Positions 28,446 to 37,511 of a stretch of DNA of 64,000 bases are shown piece by piece; the stretch's first letter is position 1; the number at the start of each line of letters is the position of its first letter. This DNA is from Octopus bimaculoides (taxonomy: Eukaryota). The notes beneath the pieces are model-generated. The model was not told where the DNA came from and made no database searches. It saw only the letters and a program-made list of their open reading frames with translations. The stretch spans positions 22,520,562 through 22,584,561 of the forward strand of contig NC_068986.1 of assembly GCF_001194135.2 (NCBI RefSeq), written 5' to 3'. The position numbers were made by a program, and so were the translations under genes.

Positions 28446-28825
28446 GTGTCACATTAGCATTGAAACTTGAGAATGTTTGATAACAAGAGAACAACTTAGG
28501 ATTTTTGGATGTATTAATGGAATATAGGAGAGACAAGAAGATGCATGCTGAGTATGGGAACTGGGAAGTGAAGAACAGCAGAGAATGTTGCTTCTAATGT
28601 GTAATATGAAGCTGGCTAAAACAATTATAAACAATTGTATTGATTTGGCCTACCCATGCTAATATGGAGAACTGGTGATTAACAATGTTCTTTTAGTTAT
28701 ATTCTTTCTTGGTTTTTAACTCTTGTAAACTGCATTGATTTCTGTTGTATCTTACATTTTTCTTATATTTATATTTTTCAGGCCAGTATCGGTTGAATTA
28801 CAAGAGCAAAACTGCAGCAGACTGA
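2706..28825 (+). CDS. ZCCHC2: ZCCHC2/ZCCHC14-family zinc-knuckle protein, 5'-partial; join(2706-2777,6504-6567,8045-8105,12134-12246,14054-14116,16163-16241,19116-19320,21980-22029,23241-23710,24797-26098,28782-28825)
   Basis: The 11 GT-AG exons have consistent phases and sum to 2523 nt (840 aa + TGA). N-terminal part VSWSNGETTEVYKTFQEVLEFSNK...QLEKLPSKFLECDHLVKFF is PX-like, as in ZCCHC2/14. It also has CKTCGC, the knuckle CFNCGGSDHVASDC, and the tail KETSMEAMT-GQYRLNYK, which resembles the ZCCHC2/14 C-terminus. The choice of ZCCHC2 over ZCCHC14 rests only on the missing SAM domain; it may be a single co-ortholog. Confidence 0.85.
3008..3176 (+). mobile_element. Young RTE 3'-tail insertion ending in (GAT)n
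   Basis: GAGTGGTTGGCGTTAGGAAGGGCATCCAGC...CGGACGTTAAACGATGATGATG; CpGs retained; about 4 differences in about 150 bp from the reverse copy at 45545-45700. Confidence 0.8.
3507..4068 (-). mobile_element. Tigger/pogo-type non-autonomous DNA transposon carrying the transposase C-terminus
   Basis: 22-bp TIRs CAGTAATGCCTCAATATATGAG (18/22 match), TA on both sides; minus-strand QDPNFERSAKV...CYQEIYRERKKK / ASSKQTTLDLFFKKK, joined by a frameshift in an A-run. Confidence 0.88.
6504..6567 (+). CDS. ZCCHC2: ZCCHC2/14-like exon, FSRIIDDVNVYKQDRRIPFLQ
   Basis: tttcag acceptor, gtaagc donor, 64 nt, phase 0-1. Confidence 0.8.
8045..8105 (+). CDS. ZCCHC2: ZCCHC2/14-like exon, NFYKEEHVEDVNLQNISHYV
   Basis: long pyrimidine tract + ttag acceptor, gtaagt donor, 61 nt, phase 1-2. 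Confidence 0.8.
10650..10865. mobile_element. piggyBac-type MITE, same family as 58184-58393, opposite orientation
   Basis: TTAA-CCCTGTAGCATT...AATGCTAAAGAA-TTAA; internal sequence resembles the reverse complement of the 58 kb copy. Confidence 0.8.
11795..12055 (+). mobile_element. RTE 3'-tail repeat
   Basis: two GTGC(C/T)-NNN-GGCACGTAAAAAGCAC units, then the tail ending in gatgatgatgatg. Confidence 0.75.
12134..12246 (+). CDS. ZCCHC2: ZCCHC2/14-like exon (end of PX-like segment), QLEKLPSKFLECDHLVKFFAPSDSNG...
   Basis: ttaacag acceptor, gtttgt donor, 113 nt, phase 2-1. Confidence 0.85.
13090..13846 (-). mobile_element. Decayed Tc1/mariner-superfamily (maT-like) transposase element
   Basis: minus-strand KPSEYWKRV..., YVKLLEVVVKLWLERAAPGKP, F*PPNSPCCNPIDYYV*GEVEKDT, FWSCLEAIVEAEGGHFG*; terminus TA-CAGGGCTAAAT at 13848-13836; the left end is approximate. 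Confidence 0.75.
14054..14116 (+). CDS. ZCCHC2: ZCCHC2/14-like exon, ANEQPVISPYNQKSFNTVSPS
   Basis: ttccag acceptor, gtaaga donor, 63 nt, phase 1-1. Confidence 0.75.
14635..14785 (-). mobile_element. RTE 3'-tail repeat, reverse orientation
   Basis: catcatcatcatc...ccatgttggcatgggttggacag...ggctggatgcccttcttaatgcca. Confidence 0.7.
16163..16241 (+). CDS. ZCCHC2: ZCCHC2/14-like exon, GELGNRQHHQSTYYNPHHSQLPSNNY
   Basis: tttttcag acceptor, gtaata donor, 79 nt, phase 1-2. Confidence 0.75.
16555..16880 (+). mobile_element. Compound tRNA-derived SINE with conserved central domain (partly duplicated)
   Basis: GAGCTGGCAGAATTGTT head; GACTTTGCCTTTCATCCTTTCAGGGTCGATAAATTAAGTACCAG domain; family also at about 12380-12560(-), 36360-36510, 38040-38200(-), 40565-40740, 41525-41740(-), 59550-59720(-), 60150-60310(-). 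Confidence 0.7.
19116..19320 (+). CDS. ZCCHC2: ZCCHC2/14-like exon, Ser/Pro-rich
   Basis: ttgcag acceptor, gtaagt donor, 205 nt, phase 2-0; same frame as ORF 19132-19416. Confidence 0.85.
19728..21130 (-). mobile_element. 5'-truncated RTE-clade LINE (RT C-half, 3' UTR and (GAT)n tail)
   Basis: VGVHQGSVLSPFLF...LLYADDLVL (YADD at 21017-21006), VDSFHYL...ARIRIGWAKFRELLPLL, RRLRWYGHVMH; 3' UTR with about 150-bp tandem units; ends in gatgatgatg. Confidence 0.9.
21980..22029 (+). CDS. ZCCHC2: ZCCHC2/14-like exon, SKDEEKLYFQEIQKNS
   Basis: ttcttacag acceptor, gtaagt donor, 50 nt, phase 0-2; bridges the phases of the flanking exons. Confidence 0.75.
22501..22596. repeat. 36-bp tandem repeat, about 2.5 copies
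   Basis: unit GGGCCTACATGTAAAGGGCATCATTTTACATGTAAA begins at 22519 and 22555; GGGCC recurs at 22591; a degenerate partial copy starts at 22501. Confidence 0.9.
22948..23110 (-). mobile_element. RTE 3'-tail repeat, reverse orientation, 130 bp upstream of a ZCCHC exon
   Basis: atcatcatcatc...ccatgctggcatgggttgaacag...ggatgcccttcttaatgccaaccac. Confidence 0.7.
23241..23710 (+). CDS. ZCCHC2: ZCCHC2/14-like exon with His/Gln tract
   Basis: ttttctag acceptor, gtaaaa donor, 470 nt, phase 2-1; same frame as ORF 23281-23721. Confidence 0.9.
24797..26098 (+). CDS. ZCCHC2: ZCCHC2/14-like large exon with CxxCGC motif (25633-25650) and CCHC zinc knuckle (26029-26070)
   Basis: ttttcag acceptor, gtaact donor, 1302 nt, phase 1-1; within the 458-aa ORF 24766-26142; CX2CX4HX4C present. 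Confidence 0.93.
26490..26725 (+). mobile_element. RTE 3'-tail repeat
   Basis: aaaaagtacccagtacactctgtaaattggttggcatt...catgccagcatggaaaac...tggtgatgatg. Confidence 0.7.
28782..28825 (+). CDS. ZCCHC2: ZCCHC2/14-like last coding exon, GQYRLNYKSKTAAD*
   Basis: strong pyrimidine tract + tttttcag acceptor, phase 1; GxYRLxY motif matches the family C-terminus. Confidence 0.82.
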
Positions 28826-29239
28826 CAAACAAAAATTTGTTGACCATTTTACATGCACATTTTCTTGACATAATGTTGGCCACACCAATATATACTGCTG
28901 CATATAAGCACAAACATTGGATTTGGCTGTTTTTGCACTCTCAAATACTATTGGTTTGCATGTGTTCCATGCCTGATATCTCCCAATAGATATACAGCCT
29001 GCAATGATGTCATAGTTAAGTGGAACATGCTATTATCATGCACAAGTCAGTCTTTATTTTATGCATGTGCATATGCACACAAACACACACATACAATCTT
29101 TCTGAGACAATTCAGATCTGTGTTCTCACTTGATTTTCATGCAGTCCATTACATCCCCTTCAGCATGCCACCTTCTGTACCTGCTGCATTTTGATCATTA
29201 ATCCACTTGCTCCACTGTTCAGAATTCATATATCATATG

Positions 29240-29319
29240 CAATATTATATATACATATATGATATACATATATGTACATAATATATGATATATGTATATA
29301 ATATATAATATAATATATG

Positions 29320-29381
<62 letters not shown>

Positions 29382-29426
29382 ACAATACATATATATGTAT
29401 ATAATATATATATAATATTATATAAA

Positions 29427-29461
<35 letters not shown>
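29240..29461. repeat. Compound (TA)n / AT-rich microsatellite in the presumed ZCCHC 3' UTR
   Basis: direct reading; other (TA)n, (CA)n and (CT)n tracts at about 290-315, 1243-1283, 1855-1893, 3219-3244, 27856-27896, 28414-28442, 31692-31756, 52704-52755, 62340-62420, 63780-63850. Confidence 0.9.
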
Positions 29462-29464
<3 letters not shown>

Positions 29465-31714
29465 TTCTCAGATCAAGCTCTATAAAGAGTTCGTATCTCT
29501 GTCACTAACCATACATCAAGTTGCTAATGTATGGATTCTCTAGTGAAGAATTATGAATGATGGACAAGGTCAATTACTATGAAACAATCAGTACTGCTTG
29601 CTGCTATCATTGTGACACACAGTCACATGGACAATTCAGAAGAGGCATCAACCATTTAGACAAATCAAATTGCTTATAATAGCACAAGGTATAGTGGAGT
29701 GTATAATCTTAGGTCTCTATATCTTCCCTTGCAACACCAAGCTGTTAATGTCTTACAAGTGAAGAGGAATAGAGGAAAAGACTTGTGTTTACTGTGTATT
29801 GAGTCTCTGCTGAATCCTATGTCAAATTCTTGATATAACCAAGTCTCTGATATATTTGTTTTGATCAGTGACTGACCTGACTTTAATGACCTGAAATACA
29901 TTATTAGATGTTATAAGCACTAATTTGAGAGAGAAAAGAAAATCATGCCCGCTGATGTAGGTTTGGTTTCTGTTTTCTGTTTAGCAGTTTTCATTCATTC
30001 ATAATCAAATGAGTTTTTAAAATAGCTAATGATGTGTTAAAAATAGTTGGGTTAAAAAAGTTTGACTGATGATATAAATGTTATCAATCTCTTTTTCCTC
30101 TTCATCTGTTGCTTGGTTGAAGAATTAGGTATATTCATTAATTAAACCTTCATGAAACACTGATCAAGAAACCTTACATTTAAGTTAGTTCATCGATAAT
30201 ATATTCCAAGACTTGGCCGAATGTGAAAATACAGGTATTAGCCTCCCTGAGAGAATTCAGCCATGTTCTGTCTGGTTTTAAAGAATTAAAAATTCTCAAA
30301 TTTCAGTGAAATGTGAAACGTAACTGATCATAGAAATGCTTACGTGATTGCCTGCCAAAAGAGAAAATAAATAGACTTGATGATATGGCCTGGTTCTAGG
30401 AAGTGATACCATGATACAGCCATAGACTGGAAACATTTATGAGATAGTAACTATAATTCCAGATGTCAAGTAATGGATAAGAATAAGCAAGGCAAGAGAG
30501 TTGTGATGTCTCTTTTAGGGGACACTTTGTCTTAAAATGTGGGATTTGCACATTCAATCATATTGAATATACAATCTTATACTGATGTTCTTACCAGTTC
30601 ATCATTAAAGATCTTCCCAAACGAGGTAGGAACTAAGATTTACTGGCTTCATTCTTCTTGGAATTATTGAGCAGTTTTCTACTTTGTGCTATAAGATTTA
30701 TTATTAAATTGGTGGCTATCAGTACTATATAGTCTGTATTTTGGGCAGCACAAACTTTAGGACAAGTTGGAAAGTCAATGGCGCAGACATACAGTTCATA
30801 GGCAAAACTGGTCAAGAAAAATTGATTTACTGTCTCACTTTGTTCAATCTAATCAAATAAATTATTAACAGGTAGCTTTGTTTTGCATCTTACGATTTCA
30901 TTTACAGAGAACGTCTAGTCTCCAGCTCACTCCCAAAACTATATCCTTCCATTGCCTTGATGTTAGTTATTACCACAGTTGTTTCCCTTTAGAACCCCAT
31001 AACCTGTATTCATGAAATAATGCCTTGCCATTCCTGTTGCCTCCCTCTGTATTCTGTGTACTAAATAACATGGCATTTCCTTCTGTAACACTGCCTCAGT
31101 ATGTTTTTCTTCACTACAGTAAACCTCCAATTAAATTCAAGGAAATTATTAACTGTACCAACTTAATTTTCCTTCTATTATCCTTTCTTCTACACCAAGA
31201 GGACCATAGCAGTTTGTGGGCCTGGCTCATCTTTGGTTCAATATTAAAATGAACAATAATAAATATATATATATATATATGAAAAAAATATACTGAAAAA
31301 GAACTGTTATCATGTTGGTGGAAAACTATATTGTTGGTGGGTTTAATTAATTACTTGCCAGTTTCATTGTTACACAATATCAATTTGATTTTTTTCCCCA
31401 TTTAAATCTTATCCTAAAATGTGTGTTATTTAAGTTGTAAATCTGTCAAGGATTTCACACTAATGGAACTTTTGATTTAACAATTACCAAAGGGCATATT
31501 TAAAGCACTCTTTCTACCTTCCTGTCACTGATAATATCTTCCAAATGTATTTGCAGTGGAGCAAAAGGTATGGAGGAGGATTTCACTTGAGTTTTTGGGC
31601 CAAGCATGTGTTTCCATTATAAACCTGTCACTGTCACTGCAGTTACGTTATAAGCAGTGATGTAATTTACAGTTAAATGAGAATTGACATTACACACACA
31701 CACACACACTCACT

Positions 31715-31756
<42 letters not shown>

Positions 31757-34700
31757 NNNNNNNNNNNNNNNNNNNNNNNNNNNNNNNNNNNNNNNNNNNN
31801 NNNNNNNNNNNNNNNNNNNNNNNNNNNNNNNNNNNNNNNNNNNNNNNNNNNNNNNNNNNNNNNNNNNNNNNNNNNNNNNNNNNNNNNNNNNNNNNNNNNN
31901 NNNNNNNNNNNNNNNNNNNNNNNNNNNNNNNNNNNNNNNNNNAAAAAAAAAAAAAAAAAAAAGAAAAAAAAGAAAGAAAAAGAAAAAGCCTACCAAATAA
32001 CTCTTACACAAACATGCATGCATCATACACACACACATGTACATGCATCATACATATATATACCAAATGTAACTGTAACCTGGTAGTCTTACATTTTTTC
32101 TTGAGTACTGCCTAAAGAAGCTTATGAATTTTCGTTTGGAAGGATTTTTTTGTTTTGTTTTGCTTTGTTGGCTGTGAATTTGATTTGTTTATTTTAAGGA
32201 GTGTTTAGAGTTGTGACTGGCTTGATGTCTGTTGATGACAAAGCCACCTGACAAATGGTGTGTATATGTATATATGTGCTTTAACTGGTCAGGTACTATT
32301 TGATATCTGTTTTACAATAGTTCCATAGAGATAACATTTGTCAGCTGAGCTGTCAGAAAGGAGTGAATGGATGAAGCTAAGAGCTCCTATAAAGACAGAA
32401 AGTGGAAAGAAAAGAAAGCTGTGATGTCTGTTCTTAGATTGTATTTGTCTGTGATGTGACACACCAGATTATATTACTTTCACCAGTTGGGTGTTCTTCA
32501 GTTAACTAAATGCTGGATGACAGTCTATATACTCACTTAGGTTTACATATGGCAGTTCTTACTGCCTGAATACCATATCTGACATAATAAGGGGCTGGCA
32601 TTGTAGATACTCTATGCATGGGGTTAAACTAGTCGACATTGAGTTAACAACTAACCCCAAAGTTTCTAAAATTGTATTTACCAACTGCTTCCATATTATC
32701 TTTGGCTCCTTTTAATCTTCCCAATCAGTTTATAATTACTGTGGAAGAAGACCTTGCTCTAAAATACCATTTGATGTTTTCTTTACCTATTCATGTTGAA
32801 AGAGACATTTAAACAATGTCCGTTCACTTGTCTTCAAAGTTTTCTCATCTCTTTCAGCTTTTTATGTGAGAAATCTCCATTTTAATGTAATTATTTCTGC
32901 ATGTTCTCTAGCTTACCATTTAGAATCAGTTGGTTCTATTTTCTTAGCTGCCATCTTGCAACCCTGGCTGCTCAGAGACAGAAGTTTGTATATAATTCTT
33001 TGCCATAATGAATGCAGAATGAGAAGCACAACAATGAAGTACACAAGTAAAACATAAGCAACAACAAAAAAAAAATTGAATAATAAATTATAAACTTGTT
33101 TTTTTGATTTGTAAAATCAAAGAGAAAAAAAAAAGAAAGATTCCCTTAAAGCAAATGGTTTTGTTTTCTGATGACATTTGTTGACTAACATTGGCTAAAG
33201 TTATTGATATTGTTTATTTTATTATTTCAAACATTTTTTTTTTTCCTGGTTGAGTATTCTCAGTGATGAAGATTGGTTGGCATATATCCGTGGTTTGATC
33301 AAAGATTTTGTAAGGCTGGCATTGTCTTTATTCCTCTCACTTATTGCACCTTACAGTGGCCATGTCTCTTTACATATCTCCATCTGAGACATTTAGGCTG
33401 TCTTTTGTTTTTGACTAAATTCCCTGAAGTCTTTCTTTTTCTTTTTAAATATATACATATATTTTTAAATTCTTTTCTTTCTTTGATTCTTTCCCTCCCC
33501 CCCAAAACTCCCAGCTGTTGGCCAAAATAAACTGCTTGGGTTTACCTCTGGTTTGGTGTCAGCAACATTCATTGCAATGTCCATCATTAGCTGTCTAATA
33601 CTGGAGGCCAATGCTATTAGTACTTCTCTTATCAGTTGTCTATGGTTCCAGCAATCAACTGCTGTTTCTAATAGTTCTCTGTTCTGTTGTCAGAAAGCAA
33701 CAGTTATCTTCATCAAATGTTGGCCTTCATTAATAATATTTCTTGGTAAAAGAAAAAGGAAAAAAAAAAAAAATAATAATAAAAAGGAAAACCCCCAAAA
33801 AAGCAAAATCAAAATAATTGGAGAGAGACTGACAGAATTTTACCAGCAAAGAGTTGTGCATTAAATTAGATTTATATTTTATGAAGATATTTATTTTAAT
33901 GTCTGTTTCCTCTATTTATTTATACTACTGGATCTCAATGGAGTCTCTTGATATCTGGTTTTTGTTATACTTTCTGCTGGTGTCTGTTTTCATTAAACAT
34001 CTGAGTGATTGATTGTTATAAAATATATTCTATCCAGTTTGGTGCCCTTATTGATATCTGTAATATATTCCTCTGCCTATTCACAATCTGCTGTTACATT
34101 GGCTTTCTGGTTTGGAGACTGGCAGTAAAAGATTGAAAAACTAAAAAAGAGCCTTCTGAGTGTTTTCACAACTCAAGGTTTGTTGCCTGAATAAAATGAT
34201 GGAAAATGTTTAGTTTCCAGTCCCTTGTTAACTTTCAACAATTCCCATATCTCTTGTTAATTAGATTTATATTGATAGCCCCAATACAATATCCTCTAAG
34301 AAGATTTGAAACACACTGTAAATACTTCTTTATTGGATTCTACTCCTACCCCACCAGTGACATATTCACGCCTGCATTTCCTATCTCTGGTAGTCTCAGC
34401 ACCTTTAGTGCTACAGCAAATGGTGGCAAAAATAAAAAGAAAGTCACAGATCACTCTGTGAATTTTGATAGTGGTTCTTCTCAAAAGATTGACATCATGA
34501 TTCTTTCTGCAGCAGTCAGTGTTGCAATTGACTAGGATTGACTATGATGAGGGTTTTTTTTTCTCTCTCTCTACATTTCAGAGCTCTTAAATGGCTTGAT
34601 TTGGCATCTAACTGCTCTCAGACAGAATTCCACACCATTGACAGGACTTGTTACTTTAATTGAACCACTCTTTTTATATCTAATTTCAAAAAACTCTGCA

Positions 34701-36705
34701 ACAATTGTTGCAATAAAAAAAAGAAAAAAAAAAGGCAAAGCATGCATCCATACATACACCCAAAAATATTAATAAATGAAACCATTTAAATTTTATATTC
34801 ATTTCCTTTAAAGCAAATTTAGCCTTTAGTATTTCTAAATAACCATTTAATACTTTTTTTGTATTTTAGAGAAAAGATATTCTTCTTAGATAGGTGTTCA
34901 ATTTGCCAACCTAGTGTCTTTAACTGTATTTTTTCCTCTGTGTTTATTTATTTTGTCTGCTCCCTGCTGCAGCTTTTTCTTCCTTGGGGGTTCTACAAAG
35001 CTTTGCAATACAAGAATTCCTCAGGAGGTAGAGATCACTGCTCCTCCCAAAGTTTTTGGTGATAGGAGTCCTTATCTTTTTTAGCAATTTTTTTTTTGTC
35101 CAGATGTTATTCTTGGACAGCCAACAATTGGAATTAAAAGCTCTTTTTTTTTTCTAAATAAAAACAAACAAATATAAATATCATTATTATTTTTTAAATC
35201 TCTTTACTATTTCTAAGTATTACAACTTCCTTTTCTCTCCCATCATTTGTGGATGGTCTACATTGATCCCTGATAATTATGAAATATTAATCAGTTCATG
35301 TCAGTGAAATATGGTCCAACAATGTAGAAAAATAATTTCAAAAAAATTGCAGCCTTAACTTTATGGAACTTTCTTTGGAGGGTGGTACTCCATCCTGGCT
35401 GCTCTTAATGGTTGTTTTTTAGAGGGTCTTTATATTTGAAATAAAGGCTTCTAAACCCAGCTTTGTTGTTGGTTTTTCTTAAAAATTTTTTTTTTTTAAT
35501 AAACCATTTGGTTGAAAGTTCTGTTTATCATTTTCAGCTGGGCTATAATGGTACCCTGGGTTAAAGCAAAGTGCTTAAAGCCTAAAGGTGCAAGGAAAAT
35601 AAGATTTTCAACTCTTGTGTGTTGAATATATTTTTAGATATTTTATAAGCAACATAAACCCTGTATCATTAATTAAAGAATATAACCACAGTGGGGGTGA
35701 AAACCCCACTCTGCTCTTGTTTAACCCCAGGACAACTCTCACTGAGCAAACCTGTGATCAGTCACTTCGGTGGTGATCACCTCATCTTTCTCCTTTGTGC
35801 AGAGGACTTAAAACCACTTGTCCAATGTGTCTTTTTCTTAAACAATAGGCTATGATTAGAAGGAAATTTGACTGCTTTTTCTAATGGCTTGAGTGCCCTC
35901 ATAGGCTCTAATAAATGGTAAGTCTGTTAGTGTTAGGATATATTGGTGTGTTAACAGTTTACATTTCTGGAATCAGCGAAAATGCTTCTTATTGTGTCAT
36001 GTGGCAAATAGTACACACGGGTTAAGGAAAATGATAAACTAGTAGAATTAATGCCCATGATGTTAGATATTAAAAAAAAAAAAAAGCTTGCAGTCACTAG
36101 CATGCATTACCTAGTATACATTTGTACTAATTGTTTTAGGTACCTATGTGGTCCTGAACAGACGTAGACAGCCCCTTGACTCAGTGGAACATTGAAGATG
36201 TGACAGTGAGAGAGCTGCACTGGCTGTCAGCTGGTACTCGTTTTTGCTTGAATAGACTGGAACAAAATGAAATGATGTGCTGTACTCAAGGACACTGTAT
36301 ACTGTCCAGTACAGGAATCAAACTTATGAACCTACGTTTGTGAGTGCAACATCTTTACATTCTGAGTTAAAAATTCCACTGAGGTCAAGTTTGCTTTTCA
36401 TCCATTTGCGATCAATAAAATTAGTACTAGTTGAGCATGGGTTGATGTAGTCAACTCACTACTTTTCCCCAAATTGCTGGCCTTGTGCCAAAACTTGAAA
36501 CCAATATTACCTATTGAATTTAAATATTATTAGAAATGGTTTAAATGACTCAACAAAAATGGGTTCTGATTAATCTAAGTCTTTACAGATTTTGGACTCT
36601 ACACATTTTGAGGGTGGAGATAACGGGGAAAGTAAGTGGGGCTACTTTGGCTGCAAGCTAACAAATGATGAATAGGATGAAATGAAAGAATGGTTTCGGT
36701 AAATG

Positions 36706-37511
36706 GGTGCTAGTATAGTATGCGGTCTACCACGTTGTCAAACAGTATAGCCAGGGTTATCTACCTTAAACGTTCATCTTGTAAAGGAAACCAAGTTTTC
36801 CAATATACGAACATTAACAACAAATTCAACTGCAAGCTGAGCCTGAGTGAGATTTTAGAACTAATATTTTTCTTTGTCATGGATGTACCCATGACCACTG
36901 CAGTGACTCTAACAGGAAAATTTTAAAATACAGTAACTGACTGGTACAATATGTGCCGCGACGTGTGTGGATCCATAGTGTATCATGTACGACGAGGGAA
37001 GATGGTTGGAACAAACGATAATCCCATTCAGATCGACGAAAATACAATTGACGAAGAATGCTGAATAACGACAACACTCTTCTCTTCGAAGTCAGCGATG
37101 CAGAACAACGAAACAACAGGAATTGTGGACATGGAATTGATCGGCCGTGGGTTTTTGGTCTCAAACACAGCTCAGACTGTCGATACTTTTGTGTGGAACG
37201 GCGCGACGGGAACAGTCTGATCCCAATTATTGAAAGAGAATGTTTAACAAGTTCACATATCCATTCAGATGAGTGGCCCGCTTATAATAATTTAAATGCC
37301 ATAGGTTATCACCATCTAACAGTGAACCATCAACGACATTATGTGGATCCAGTGACCGGAGTACACACTCAAGCCGTTGAGTGATCATGGTTAGATGCGA
37401 AAACTAATTCTGAAAAAAAAAGTCTCTAAGTTTTTAATCTCTGAAATATCTGAAAGATAAGGTAGATGACCTTGTTTGACACCGTGGTGGACTACATACT
37501 AAACTAGCACC
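36706..37511 (+). mobile_element. Merlin (IS1595/ISXO2-like) DNA transposon, internally deleted and inactive
   Basis: 39-bp TIRs (36706-36744 and 37473-37511, 34/39 match); perfect 8-bp TSD GGTAAATG (36698-36705 and 37512-37519); transposase remnants TVTDWYNMCRDVC, IQIDE, WVFG, IHSDEWPAY, VNHQRHYVDPVTGVHTQAVE* with a frameshift and a stop. Confidence 0.93.

Noticed and set aside
33690-33695. Selenocysteine reading of the lone TGA in the 196-nt exon-like segment
   Set aside because: No SECIS was seen, the context is not a known selenoprotein motif, and there is no evidence that the segment is coding.
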